A DNA stretch of 64,000 bases, taken from NCBI GenBank assembly GCA_963695095.1, contig CAVOFT010000001.1, forward strand, positions 928,001 through 992,000, written 5' to 3'. Below are positions 45,733 to 55,836 of this stretch, piece after piece. Position 1 is the stretch's first letter, and every line of letters starts with the position of its first letter. The stretch is from an uncultured bacterium. GTDB lineage: Bacteria; Krumholzibacteriota; Krumholzibacteriia; JACNKJ01. The notes under the pieces were generated by a model. It was not told the origin of the DNA, made no database searches, and saw nothing but the letters and a program-made list of their open reading frames with translations. The translations under genes and the position numbers were made by a program.

Positions 45733-48462
45733 ATGCGCTTCATGGCCACCCGCGCGCGCCAGTTGTCCGCCCTGATGACGCTCGCCGTGCTCGCTGCCTG
45801 GCCGCTGCGCGCCGCTGCCATGGATCTCGAGCAGGTTCGGCTGGCCAACGGCCTCGACCTCTTGCTCAAGGAGTCGCACGGCGGCCCGATGGTGGCCTCG
45901 ATCGTGACGGTGGGCGCTGGCGCTCGCTTCGAAGATGAACAGAGCTATGGCGCCAGCCACTTCCTCGAGCACATGGTCTTCAACGGCACCGCCACGCGCA
46001 GCCGGGAGGACATCAACGAGGGCATCAAGGCCTACGGCGGCTACATCAACGCCTTCACCCGCCGCGAGTACACCTGCTACGTGCTCCTCATTCCTCGCGC
46101 CTATCTGGGCGAAGGCCTGGCGATACAGGCCGACATGCTCTTCGGTTCCCAGCTGCCCGCCGCCGAGTTCGAGAAGGAGAAGCGGGTGGTCATCGAGGAG
46201 ATGAACAAGGACTACGACAGCGGCAGCTACCGCGGCGAGCTGCACCGCAACGCCACCCTCCTGGCCGGTACCCCCTACGCGCATCCCATTCTCGGCACCG
46301 TCGACACGATCGAGCGCCTGCGTCGCGAGGACGTGCTCGCCTACTACCGGGAGCGCTACCAGCCGGGGAATTGTCGGCTCTTCCTGGTCGGCGACTTCGA
46401 GCGGGCGCCCGCGCTCGCCCTGCTCGACTCGCTCTACGGCCAGGTGCCGGGCCGGCCGCCGGTACCCCTCGAGCCGGTTGAGCTGCGCTGGCCGGACGCG
46501 CCCGCCCTGCACAGCTACCGGGCGGAGGAGGGCAGTCCCCGCCTGGATCTGGTCTGGCGGCTGCCCGCCATCACCAGCGGCGATGCCGCTGCCCACGCCG
46601 CGCTGGCCGAGATGCTGATGGATGAGCACCGCTCGCCGCTCAATGGCAGTGACGGAGGCGATGACGGACCCGCACTGGATCTGGGCATCGGGCTGGAGTA
46701 CTTCGCCGACTTCAGCCTCCTCACGCTCACGCTGGATACGGGCGATGAGGAGCCGGCGCCCCTGCTTGCTCGGCTCAGCGAGCAGCTGGCGGCACTGGGC
46801 ACCTGGGTGCCGGATCCGGCCTGGACCGCCGAGCAGGTCAACCGCCTGCGCGTCGACGACATCTTGCTGCAGGACACCTATCACTACTATGCGATGATGA
46901 AGTCGGCCGAGCTCCATCTCGGCGGCTTCCCCTTCCTGGCCGGCTACCGCGATGCGGTGGCGGCGCTCGACCCCGCCGCGCTTCGCGGCGCCCTGGAGAG
47001 CGGAGTGCTGGCCGGCCCGCCGCAGGTGCTCTGGAGCGCCCAGTCCGCGGACTCGGCGGCCACCCTGCTGCCGGGCGGCCTGTCGGCTGCGGCCTTCCGG
47101 GTCGAGCCCGGCGATGCCGTGCTTCGCCTGGACGCGGCGGCGCGGGCCAAGCCGGCCAAGCGCGGGCCGGCGGATGCGGCCGCCGCGCCCGGCGAGGAGC
47201 GCTTGCTTCTGGCTAACGGGCTGACCGTGCTGCTGCGCTCGGATCCCTCGAGCGAGGTCTGCGCGGCCCACTTGCTCGTGCGCGGGCGCTCGGCCAGCGA
47301 ACCTGCAGGCCGCGAGGGCATGGTGGCCCTGGCTCACGAGCTGCTGCCGGCCGGCACTCGCCGCCACGACGAGGCGGCGCTGGCGGCGGCGCTCTCGGGT
47401 CTGGGCGCGCGGCTCAAGGTGGGGGACAATCCCTGGATTCCCTTCGACGACTACTACACGCGCGAGGACTTCTCCTTTGTGCGCCTGGAGGCCCTGGACG
47501 AAACCGCAGATGCCGCCTTGGCTCTGCTGGCCGAGCTGGTCGGGGAGGCGAGCTATCCCGACGCAGCCGTGGAGCGAGAAAAGGGCAAGCTGATCGGCGC
47601 ACTGCGCATGGGCAGCCCCCGTCCGAGCGAGGTGGCGCGGCAGGCGCTGGGGGAGCAGCTCTTCGCCGGCGGGCCGCGCGGGCGATCCTTGCGGGGGACA
47701 CCGGCTTCGATCGCCGAGATCACCGCAGAGAAATTGCGCAGCTTCCATCCGCGCTACTTCGCGCCCGAGCGGATGATCCTCTCCGTGGTGTCGGGGCTGC
47801 CCCTGCCGACCCTGCGCCACAGCGTGGAGGCGCGCTTCGGCGGCCTGCCCGCGGCGCCGGGCATTCCGCTCGGAGCAACCTCACTGGGGGCGGGGCCGGC
47901 CGAGATCGAGCGGCCCCTGGAGAAGGCGCAAGTCGCCCTGCTCGCGGCGCGCAGCTTGCCGCCGGCGCCCGCGCTGCCGGACGAAGTCGAGGTGCTCGTC
48001 GACGTGCTCTCGGCGCGCCTCGCTCTGGAGCTGCGCGAGACCCAGGGCCTGGCCTACTCCGTGGGGGCCGGGCTCAGCTCCGTGCCGGGGCTGGCCGCTG
48101 GGGAGCCTGGCTTCAGCCTGATCACGCTGCAGATCGCCACGGCGGTGGAGAATCGAGAGCAGGCTCGCCTGGGAATGCAGGCCGAGCTGGAGCGGATGGC
48201 CACGGCCCCGCCCAGCCGGGAGGAGGTGTTCCGGGCGGTCAACGGGCGCTGGGGACGGGAGCTGATGCGCGATCTGTCCCGAATCCACCAGGCCTACCGC
48301 ATCGGTCTGCGCGAGCATCTGGGCCTGGCGCCCTTCGGCCAGGATGAGGAGCGGGTGGCTCGGCAGCGTGCCGCCACTCCGGCAGATCTTGCCCAGCTGG
48401 CGCGGCAGTTCTTGCTGCAAGATGACTGGATCTGGGCCTTTGCGGGTGGCGGATTGCAGTGA
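45733..48462 (+). CDS. M16 (pitrilysin/insulinase) family zinc protease
   Basis: Signal peptide, LANGL, SHFLEHM inverted zincin, NAFT, second M16 half with LRETQGLAYSV. Confidence 0.9.
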   Translation: MRFMATRARQLSALMTLAVLAAWPLRAAAMDLEQVRLANGLDLLLKESHGGPMVASIVTVGAGARFEDEQSYGASHFLEHMVFNGTATRSREDINEGIKAYGGYINAFTRREYTCYVLLIPRAYLGEGLAIQADMLFGSQLPAAEFEKEKRVVIEEMNKDYDSGSYRGELHRNATLLAGTPYAHPILGTVDTIERLRREDVLAYYRERYQPGNCRLFLVGDFERAPALALLDSLYGQVPGRPPVPLEPVELRWPDAPALHSYRAEEGSPRLDLVWRLPAITSGDAAAHAALAEMLMDEHRSPLNGSDGGDDGPALDLGIGLEYFADFSLLTLTLDTGDEEPAPLLARLSEQLAALGTWVPDPAWTAEQVNRLRVDDILLQDTYHYYAMMKSAELHLGGFPFLAGYRDAVAALDPAALRGALESGVLAGPPQVLWSAQSADSAATLLPGGLSAAAFRVEPGDAVLRLDAAARAKPAKRGPADAAAAPGEERLLLANGLTVLLRSDPSSEVCAAHLLVRGRSASEPAGREGMVALAHELLPAGTRRHDEAALAAALSGLGARLKVGDNPWIPFDDYYTREDFSFVRLEALDETADAALALLAELVGEASYPDAAVEREKGKLIGALRMGSPRPSEVARQALGEQLFAGGPRGRSLRGTPASIAEITAEKLRSFHPRYFAPERMILSVVSGLPLPTLRHSVEARFGGLPAAPGIPLGATSLGAGPAEIERPLEKAQVALLAARSLPPAPALPDEVEVLVDVLSARLALELRETQGLAYSVGAGLSSVPGLAAGEPGFSLITLQIATAVENREQARLGMQAELERMATAPPSREEVFRAVNGRWGRELMRDLSRIHQAYRIGLREHLGLAPFGQDEERVARQRAATPADLAQLARQFLLQDDWIWAFAGGGLQ

Positions 48463-48662
48463 AATCCTCTATATCGGACTCGACCTGTTAGGGAATTCCC
48501 AGCCTTTATTTGCCGAAATCATAGCAGAAATTGGAGAGATACCCTCCTATACCGTAACCGTTTCGCAATAGACGGGCGAATCGAGAAACCTAAGTCCTGT
48601 AATATTCGCGAGTTGCAAACCCATCGGGAACTCCCAGTGGGGGCCGGGGTTTTGCATTCCGC

Positions 48663-48691
48663 TTGACTCGAGAGGGTCGATCCGCGATAAT
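48663..48691 (+). promoter_or_regulatory. sigma70-type promoter for the sigma factor gene
   Basis: TTGACT, 17 bp, GATAAT. Confidence 0.55.
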
Positions 48692-48782
48692 GCTGGCGCT
48701 GAGTTGTGACAATCTTCACAACGAGCCACGATAAACCGGAATGTCAAGCGGCCCCCCTTCGGGGTCCGCGATGAGGCGAGAA

Positions 48783-49634
48783 ATGGCTGGAGCCTATCAG
48801 AATCAGGCCGAGAGCGAGACGCTCAACGCCTACCTGCAGTCGATCGGTGACTTTCAGAGTCTCTCCCGCGAGCAGGAAGCCGCCGTCACGGTGCGCATCC
48901 GCGAGGGAGACGAGAAAGCCCTGGAGGAGATGATCACCGCGAACCTGAAGTTCGTGGTTTCCATCGCCAAGCAGTACGTCGGCCAGGGACTGAGCCTGCT
49001 GGACCTGATCAACGAGGGCAATCTCGGCCTGATCAAGGCCGCCTATCGCTTCAATGAGAAGAAGGGCTTCAAGTTCATCTCCTACGCCGTCTGGTGGATT
49101 CGCCAGTCGATCATGCAGGCCATCGTGGAGCAGGGCAACATCGTGCGCCTGCCCATGAACAAGGCCAACATCCTCTACCAGATCCGCAAGCGGAACCGGG
49201 CGCTCTGGGAGCAGCTCGGACGCCAGCCGACCAAGGGCGAGTTGGCCAAGGCGCTGGGCATCACCGAGGCGGTCATCAACGAGATCGAACTGGCCACGAA
49301 CACCTACCGCTCGCTGGACGAGCCCGTGGGCAACGAGGAGGACCACATCCTCCTCAACACGCTCGAGGACGAGGATCAGATCAGTCCCGCCGAGCAGCTC
49401 GACATGAACGAGTTCCACTCGTTGATCGTGGCCGCCCTGGATTCCCTCAGCCCGCGCGAGGCGATGATCCTGCGCAACTACTACGGCCTGGGCGACCGCG
49501 AGCCGATGACGCTCGAGGAGATCGGCAAGGACCTGAACATCAGCCGCGAGCGCGTGCGGCAGGTGAAGGTGAAGGCCCTCAGCCGCATCCGCAACAGCCA
49601 GGTGGGTCGCCGCCTGGCCGAGCACGCGGCCTGA
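48783..49634 (+). CDS. RpoD/RpoS-family sigma70 factor lacking region 1.1
   Basis: [62 protein letters not shown]. The start could also be 48741 or 48771. Confidence 0.92.
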   Translation: MAGAYQNQAESETLNAYLQSIGDFQSLSREQEAAVTVRIREGDEKALEEMITANLKFVVSIAKQYVGQGLSLLDLINEGNLGLIKAAYRFNEKKGFKFISYAVWWIRQSIMQAIVEQGNIVRLPMNKANILYQIRKRNRALWEQLGRQPTKGELAKALGITEAVINEIELATNTYRSLDEPVGNEEDHILLNTLEDEDQISPAEQLDMNEFHSLIVAALDSLSPREAMILRNYYGLGDREPMTLEEIGKDLNISRERVRQVKVKALSRIRNSQVGRRLAEHAA

Positions 49635-49664
49635 GCGGTAGCCGGCAGCCAGTTTCCAGGCAAG

Positions 49665-49696
49665 ACCCCCCTCCCGTGAGGGGGGTTTCGCTTTTT
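49665..49696 (+). terminator. Intrinsic terminator
   Basis: ACCCCCCTC-CCGT-GAGGGGGGT followed by TTCGCTTTTT. Confidence 0.75.
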
Positions 49697-49789
49697 GCGT
49701 CGGCAACGAGGCCGCGCTTGTCCTTTTGCCGAAGCTGTGGCATCTAAGGCAGCAAGTCCCCCAACAAACCCTCAGGGAAGGAGAAGCTC

Positions 49790-50146
49790 ATGAAGCGCGC
49801 TCTGCTCATTCTCGGCCTCATCCTGGTGGCGGCCTTCGCCATCAGTGGCTGCGGCAAGAAGGCCGAAGCCACGGTGCCCTGCGACGGCGGCTGCGGCATG
49901 GAGTTGACCAAGGCGGATGCCAAGGTGATCGATGGCAAGTCCTACTGCGCGGGCTGTGCGGCACACCTGGCCGATGAACTGGCCAAGGAAGCGGCGACCG
50001 AGGCAGCGCCCGAGGCCGCGCCTGCTGCTGACATGGTCAAGTGCGCAGGCGGCTGCGGCATGGAGCTGGCAAAGGCCGACGCCACCGAAATCGACGGCAA
50101 GTCCTACTGCGCGAGCTGCGCCGCTCACGTCGGGCACGACCACTAG
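49790..50146 (+). CDS. Small lipoprotein with two Cys-rich repeats
   Basis: Lipobox ISGC, two copies of CxGGCGMELxKADAxxIDGKSYCAxCAAH, C-terminal HDH. Confidence 0.8.
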   Translation: MKRALLILGLILVAAFAISGCGKKAEATVPCDGGCGMELTKADAKVIDGKSYCAGCAAHLADELAKEAATEAAPEAAPAADMVKCAGGCGMELAKADATEIDGKSYCASCAAHVGHDH

Positions 50147-50178
50147 CCGCCCTAATCATCTGCTAGTGTGAAGCTTGC

Positions 50179-50222
50179 GGGGCCCGGGGTGGATTGACAC
50201 CCCCGGGCCCCCTTCTTATCAT
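50179..50222 (+). promoter_or_regulatory. Terminator-like hairpin overlapping the pdxS promoter
   Basis: GGGGCCCGGGGTG...CACCCCCGGGCCCC hairpin containing TTGACA (50194-50199), 17 bp, TATCAT (50217-50222). Confidence 0.6.
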
Positions 50223-50311
50223 AAAGCCGGTCAGCGTGCTGCCGCCCTTCCGACCCATTGCCGGTCCCGCGGCACCGCGCGGCGACCTCCTTCCACACTG
50301 GGGGCAAGTCC

Positions 50312-51193
50312 ATGCCAGTCAGCACCTTCGAGGAGAAGATCGGCCTCGCCGAGATGCTCAAGGGCGGCGTGATCATGGATGTGACCACCGCCGAGCAGGC
50401 CAAGATCGCCGAGGATGCCGGCGCCGCTGCCGTGATGGCCCTGGAGCGCATCCCCTCGGACATTCGCGCCGACGGCGGTATCGCCCGCATGAGCGACCCG
50501 CAGATGATCAAGGCCATCCAGGCTGCGGTGAGCATCCCGGTGATGGCCAAGTGCCGCATCGGCCACATCGCCGAGGCGCGCATTCTCGAGGCCCTCGAGG
50601 TCGACTTCATCGACGAGAGCGAAGTGCTCACGCCGGCCGACGAGGCCAATCACGTCTGGAAGCACGACTTCAAGGTGCCCTTCGTCTGCGGCTGCCGCGA
50701 CCTGGGCGAGGCCCTGCGCCGCATCGGCGAGGGCGCGGCGATGATCCGCACCAAGGGCGAGGCCGGCACCGGCAACATCGTGGAGGCGGTGCGCCACCTG
50801 CGCGCCGTGGTGGGGGGCATCCGCCGCCTCACGCAGCTCGATGCCGGCGAGCTGATGGCCGAGGCCAAGGCGCTCGGCGCGCCCTTCCACCTCGTGCAGG
50901 AGACGGCCCAGACGGGCCGCCTGCCCGTGCCCAACTTCTCGGCGGGCGGCGTCGCCACGCCGGCGGATGCGGCGCTGATGCGCATGCTGGGCGCCGAGGC
51001 CATCTTCGTCGGCTCGGGCATCTTCAAGTCGACGGATCCGCCGCGCATGGCCAAGGCCATCGTCGAGGCCGCCACGCACTGGCAGGACGCCGCGAGGCTG
51101 GCCGCGATCTCGGCGGGCCTGGGCCGGGCCATGAAGGGTCTCGACATGGCCGAGATCCCAGCCGAGCAGATCATGCAGACGCGCGGCAACTAG
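50312..51193 (+). CDS. pdxS: Pyridoxal 5'-phosphate synthase lyase subunit
   Basis: [56 protein letters not shown]. Confidence 0.97.
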   Translation: MPVSTFEEKIGLAEMLKGGVIMDVTTAEQAKIAEDAGAAAVMALERIPSDIRADGGIARMSDPQMIKAIQAAVSIPVMAKCRIGHIAEARILEALEVDFIDESEVLTPADEANHVWKHDFKVPFVCGCRDLGEALRRIGEGAAMIRTKGEAGTGNIVEAVRHLRAVVGGIRRLTQLDAGELMAEAKALGAPFHLVQETAQTGRLPVPNFSAGGVATPADAALMRMLGAEAIFVGSGIFKSTDPPRMAKAIVEAATHWQDAARLAAISAGLGRAMKGLDMAEIPAEQIMQTRGN

Positions 51194-51194
51194 C

Positions 51195-51865
51195 ATGGAC
51201 AGCGGCGAGCCGAACGCGCGCCGCGCGCCGCGCGGCGAGACCACCAGCCCCCAGCCGCGCCTGCACCCCGTACCGACCGTGGGCGTGCTCGCCCTGCAGG
51301 GCGCCGTCGAGAAGCACCTGCGCATGCTCGAGCGCGTGGGCGCCGCCGCCCGCGAAGTCCGGCTGCCCGCCGAGCTGGCGGGTCTGGACGCCCTCGTGCT
51401 GCCCGGCGGCGAATCCACCACGATGAGCCACCTGCTCGCCTCCAGCGGTCTGCAGGGAGCCGCTCGGCGCCTTCATGGCCGACGAAACCGGTGCTCGCCA
51501 CCTGCGCGGGGATGATCCTGCTGGCGCGCGAGGCGGCGGGTCTGCCCTGGCCGCCCTACGGCCTCCTGGACATCGACGTCGCTCGCAATGCCTGGGGCCG
51601 CCAGATCTACAGCTTCCAGGAGGAGATCGACTGGGCGCTGCCGACGCCGGCCGGCGAGCCGGGGCCGGCGCGGCTGAAGGCCATCTTCATCCGCGCCCCG
51701 CGCGTGACGCGCACGGGCGAGGGCGTGCAGGTGCTGGCTCGCCTCCAGGGCGAGCCGGTGGCCCTGCGCCAGGGCCGCCTGCTGGCCCTCAGCTTCCACC
51801 CGGAGTTGACAGCGGATCCGCGCGTCCACGCCTGGTTTCTGCGCGAGTTCCTCGGTACCCGCTAG
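51195..51865 (+). CDS. pdxT: PLP synthase glutaminase subunit (frameshifts near 51455 and 51482)
   Basis: GVLALQG, LPGGESTT, TCAGMILL, RNAWGRQ, FIRAP, FHPEL. Confidence 0.92.
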
Positions 51866-51869
51866 GCCC

Positions 51870-51886
51870 CTGGCGCAAACGTTGCT
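51870..51886 (+). promoter_or_regulatory. Candidate sigma54 (-24/-12) promoter
   Basis: CTGGCGCAAACGTTGCT versus consensus YTGGCACGRNNNTTGCW, with correct GG-N10-GC spacing. Confidence 0.5.
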
Positions 51887-51951
51887 AACCAATTAGACTG
51901 CTTGCTGGAAGCCGCCGGTAGCCATCGCGGCGGAGGGGGAGTGCGAAGGCG

Positions 51952-52161
51952 ATGCCCTTCTACGACTACGAGTGCCGCGCCTGCGGCGAGAAGTTCACGG
52001 CCCTGCTCAGCATGAGTGCCCGCGACGAGCTGGAGCCCAGCCTGCCCTGCCCCGAGTGCGGGGCCAAGGGCCCGCGACGCCTGCTGTCGACCTTCGCCAC
52101 GAGCTCGAGCGACGCAGGAAGCGGCGGAGCGCCCAGCCATAGCTGCGGGGGCGGTGGCTGA
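51952..52161 (+). CDS. FmdB-family zinc ribbon protein (possibly extended to 52170 by Sec)
   Basis: MPFYDYECRACG..F....CPECG....RLLS.F. Confidence 0.9.
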   Translation: MPFYDYECRACGEKFTALLSMSARDELEPSLPCPECGAKGPRRLLSTFATSSSDAGSGGAPSHSCGGGG

Positions 52162-52202
52162 AGGGTCTAGCTCGGGAGGCGGCGCCTCCCTGCAGGGATC
52201 GC

Positions 52203-52234
52203 AAGAAGAAGGGGAGCGGCGGCGCCGCTCCCCT
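52203..52234 (-). terminator. Intrinsic terminator of the cyclophilin pair
   Basis: AGGGGAGCGGC/GCCGCTCCCCT stem followed by a TCTTCTT pyrimidine tract on the minus strand. Confidence 0.6.
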
Positions 52235-52261
52235 CGCTGTTGCTAGCACTGGCGGATGCCG

Positions 52262-52921
52262 CTATTTCTTGGCGGCGGCCTTGTCCTCGGCCTGCATGGC
52301 GGCCTTCGTGGCCTCCACCTTCTCGGTGGGCCAGTCCTCGACCTTCACGGACACGATCTTCTGGTCCTCGTCGGGCCGGTCGCTGCTGTTGCGCGGCGTG
52401 TTGACGATGGCGTCCACCACCTCGATGCCGTCGATGGTCTCGCCGAAGATGCTGTACTTGCCGTCCAGGAAGGGCGCGTCGCCGTGCATGACGAAGAACT
52501 GGCTGCCGGCGCTATCCGGCTCGCGGGAGCGGGCCATCGACAGGGTGCCCCGCAGGTGTTTGCGGTCGCTGAATTCCGCCGGCAAGTTCGTGTCAGCGCC
52601 CTTGTAGCTGTAGCCGCCCATGCCGTCGTTGGCGGGATCCTTGTCCTTGCTGTTGGGATCGCCGCCCTGGATCATGAAGCCGGGGATGACGCGGTGGAAG
52701 AGGCAGCCGGCGTAGAGCCCGCTCTTGCTGTGCGCGATGAAGTTCTTCACGTGCTCGGGCGCGATATCCGGGAAGAAGCGCAGGACGATGTCGCCCCGAT
52801 TGGTCGTCAGGGTGACCACGGTCTCGGTCTTCTCGCTGGCGCCGGCGACGGCGCTCAGGCCGGTGAGCAGGGCAGCGATGAGCAGGAGCGGGAGTGCGAG
52901 CGAGCGAGCGAAGCGGATCAT
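52262..52921 (-). CDS. Cyclophilin-type peptidyl-prolyl isomerase, exported
   Basis: Signal peptide, APEHVKNF, FHRVIPGFMIQGGDP, LSMAR...DSAGSQFF, FLDGKYSIFG. Confidence 0.93.
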   Translation of the reverse strand: MIRFARSLALPLLLIAALLTGLSAVAGASEKTETVVTLTTNRGDIVLRFFPDIAPEHVKNFIAHSKSGLYAGCLFHRVIPGFMIQGGDPNSKDKDPANDGMGGYSYKGADTNLPAEFSDRKHLRGTLSMARSREPDSAGSQFFVMHGDAPFLDGKYSIFGETIDGIEVVDAIVNTPRNSSDRPDEDQKIVSVKVEDWPTEKVEATKAAMQAEDKAAAKK

Positions 52922-53064
52922 GATTCGCCTTTCCGTTGGGGTCGCGAGCTGAGCGCTGTCAATGCCAGGGCGCGCCAGGCGGTTCCTGCCGCGCTGCCGA
53001 ATCGAGGGCGATGGGGCGGGCCGCCGGAGGCCCGCCGGGGGAGCGGCCGGGCGGCGCCGCGGGC

Positions 53065-53619
53065 TCACTTCGCCTCTCGCCCCGTCAAGGCGGCCGCCAG
53101 GCGAGACGCTTCCCACTGCTCCACGCGCACGCTTTCGATACGCTGGTCCTCGTGGGGGCGGTCGCTGCCGTCCCGGGGCGAATTCACGATGGCGTCCACC
53201 ACGTCCAGGCCGGCGATGGCCTCCCCGAAGACGCTGTACTGACCGTCCAGGAAGGGCGCGTCGGCGTGCATGATGAAGAACTGGCTGCCGGCGCTGTCCG
53301 GATCCTGGGCGCGCGCCATGGACAGGATGCCCCGCTTGTGCTTGCGCGGGTTGAACTCGGCCGGCAGCTTGGTGCCCGGGCCCTTGTAGCTATGACCGCC
53401 GGTGCCGGGCGAGCCCTTGCCGTCGGGCTTCGTGTTCGGGTCGCCGCCCTGGATCATGAAGCCGGGGATGACCCGGTGGAAGGTGCAGCCGGCGTAGAGG
53501 CCGCTCTCGCTGTGGGCGATGAAGTTCTTCACGTGCTCGGGCGCACTGTCCGGAAAGAAGCGCACCACGATATCGCCCCGCGTGGTGGCTAGGGTGACGA
53601 CGGTCTCGGTCTCGGCCAT
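53065..53619 (-). CDS. Cyclophilin-type peptidyl-prolyl isomerase, cytoplasmic
   Basis: Same motifs as the neighbour, no signal peptide, AGGAG RBS. Confidence 0.93.
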   Translation of the reverse strand: MAETETVVTLATTRGDIVVRFFPDSAPEHVKNFIAHSESGLYAGCTFHRVIPGFMIQGGDPNTKPDGKGSPGTGGHSYKGPGTKLPAEFNPRKHKRGILSMARAQDPDSAGSQFFIMHADAPFLDGQYSVFGEAIAGLDVVDAIVNSPRDGSDRPHEDQRIESVRVEQWEASRLAAALTGREAK

Positions 53620-53854
53620 GTCCTTCTCCTGCTTGGGATTGGCGCAAATACAGGCCGGGAGGCTAGCATCCGCGGCGCGCCGGGTCAAGCCGGCAGGCCC
53701 GTGGCCGAAGCACCTTGCAGTCGCGTCGCTTGCGAAGTAGCCTCCGCCCACCGGCAGGCGCCGGGCTGCGGGCTGCCGAGAGGCTCGCCGCAAGACGGGG
53801 AGGAAGGGGCGCCGTGGGTGATGCCCGCGCGCTCAAGGCCAAGGGGGGATCGAG

Positions 53855-54220
53855 ATGGACGAGACGCCGAGCTATCTCTCGAAGAGCACCGTGAAGAGCT
53901 TCTGGCAGGAGTACCGAGTCTACGCCAACCGCGTCGAGTTCGAGACGCGCTTCGGCCGGATGACCGTGCCCTTTGAGCACGTCGAGGGCATCGAGGTCTC
54001 CGAGTCCGAGGTCAAGGGGCTGCTCAGGGGCGACCTGCATCTGAAGGGATTCCGACCGGCCCTGAAGCTGGATTGGGCCAATTTCCTGGAGCATGTCGTG
54101 CTCGACAAGAACGAAGGCTGGGTTCACCGGCTGCTGTTCACGCCGGACGACCCCGTCGCCTTCAAGGCGGCGGTGGAGGCGGCGCTGTCGCGCTATCGAC
54201 GGACGCAGGCCAAGCAATAG
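53855..54220 (+). CDS. Hypothetical protein (possible PH-like fold)
   Basis: 121 aa ORF with coding-like codon usage, 11 bp upstream of metG. Confidence 0.6.
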   Translation: MDETPSYLSKSTVKSFWQEYRVYANRVEFETRFGRMTVPFEHVEGIEVSESEVKGLLRGDLHLKGFRPALKLDWANFLEHVVLDKNEGWVHRLLFTPDDPVAFKAAVEAALSRYRRTQAKQ

Positions 54221-54231
54221 AGGGGAATTCC

Positions 54232-55771
54232 GTGCCGCGCTTCTACGTGACGACGCCGATCTACTACGTCAACGACGAGCCCCACCTGGGCCATGCCTAC
54301 ACCACGGTGCTGGCCGACGTGCTGGCGCGCTACCATCGCCTGCTCGGCGACGCGACGCTCTTTCTCACCGGCACCGACGAGCACGGCCAGAAGGTGCAGC
54401 AGGCGGCCGAGAAGCGGGGGGTGAGCCCCCAGCAGCACTGCGACGAGCTGAGCCCGCGCTTCGCCGAGGTCTGGAAGCGCCTGGGCATCAGCAACGACTT
54501 CTACATCCGCACCACGATGCCCGAGCACAAGGCCGTGGTCCAGCGACTGCTCGCCGCGCTCTGGGACAAGGGCGAGATCTACGCCGCCGACTACGAAGGC
54601 TGGTACGACGTCTCCGAGGAGCGCTTCTACACCGAGAAGGAGCTGGTGGACGGCAAGAGCCCGGCCGGCAACGCCGTGGTCGCCATCCGCGAGAAGAACT
54701 ACTTCTTCCGCATGAGCAAGTACCAGCAGGCGCTGGTCGACCACATCGAGGGCAACCCGCAGCTTCATCGTGCCCGAGAAGCGGGCCAACGAGGTGCTCG
54801 GCTTCCTGCGCCAGCCCCTGGGCGACCTCTGCATCAGCCGGCCCAAGGCGCGCTTGAGCTGGGGGATCACGCTGCCCTTCGACGAAGACTACGTCTGCTA
54901 CGTCTGGTTCGACGCTCTGCTCAATTACTACAGCGCGCTCGGCTTCGGCTTTGCCGGCGACCAGACTGCCGCGTTCTGGCCGGCCGACCTGCACCTGATC
55001 GGCAAGGACATCCTCACCACGCACGCCGTCTACTGGCCGACGATGCTGATGGGCGCCGGCCTGCCGCTGCCCAAGACCATCCTCGCTCACGGCTGGTGGC
55101 TCTTCGGCAGCGAGGGCGAGAAGATGAGCAAGTCCAAGGGCAACGTGGTCAAGCCCCTGGAGACGATGGACGTCTACGGCCGCGACGTGCTGCGCTACTT
55201 CCTCATGCGCGAGATGACGCCGGGGATGGACTCGAGCTTCAGCGAGGGGCTCATCGTCGAGCGCAACAACGGCGAGCTGGCCAACGACATCGGCAACGGG
55301 CTCAACCGCGTCACCAAGCTGGTGGAGACGCACTTCGCCGGCCAGCTGCCCGCGGGCGCTGGCTACGGCGAGGCCGAGCGCGCGCTGAAGCGGCTGGCTG
55401 CCGAGGTGGCGGGCGAGGTGCGCGAGCAGATCGCGCTCTTCCATCCAAACGGGGCCATCCTCGCCGCGCGCCGCCTCTCGGGCGGCGTGAACCGCTACCT
55501 CGAGGAGAAGGCGCCCTGGAAGCGCATCAAGGAAGAGGGCGGCCGCGAGGCGACGGCCGTGACGCTCTACCACGCCGCCGAGGCCCTGCGCATCGTGGGC
55601 AGCCTGCTCTATCCGGTGATGCCCGAGCGCTGCGGTGAGCTGCTGCGCCGCCTCGGCGCGGCCCCCGAGCCCGCGCCTTACGCCGAGAGCCTCGCCTGGG
55701 GCGGGCTGGTGCCTGGGGCGCCGGTCATTTCGGGCGAGCCGCTCTTCCCCCGCTTCGACCCGATCGACTAG
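54232..55771 (+). CDS. metG: Methionine--tRNA ligase, short form (frameshift near 54760)
   Basis: FYVTTPIYYVN..PHLGH, GTDEHG, YVWFDAL, IGKDI, KMSKSKGN. Confidence 0.95.
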
Positions 55772-55802
55772 CGGCGGCAGCCAAGAGAAAGGAGGTGAGG
55801 AC

Positions 55803-55823
55803 ATGGATAGAGCCCGGCCATGA
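55803..55823 (+). other. 6-codon uORF (MDRARP) with a perfect Shine-Dalgarno
   Basis: AAAGGAGGTGA (55788-55798), ATG 55803, stop TGA running into the next AAAGGAGG. Confidence 0.5.
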
Positions 55824-55836
55824 AAGGAGGGCGGCC

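Noticed and set aside
48463..48660. AT-richer region upstream of the sigma factor as an ncRNA
   Set aside because: Only weak hairpins, consistent with an ordinary promoter region.
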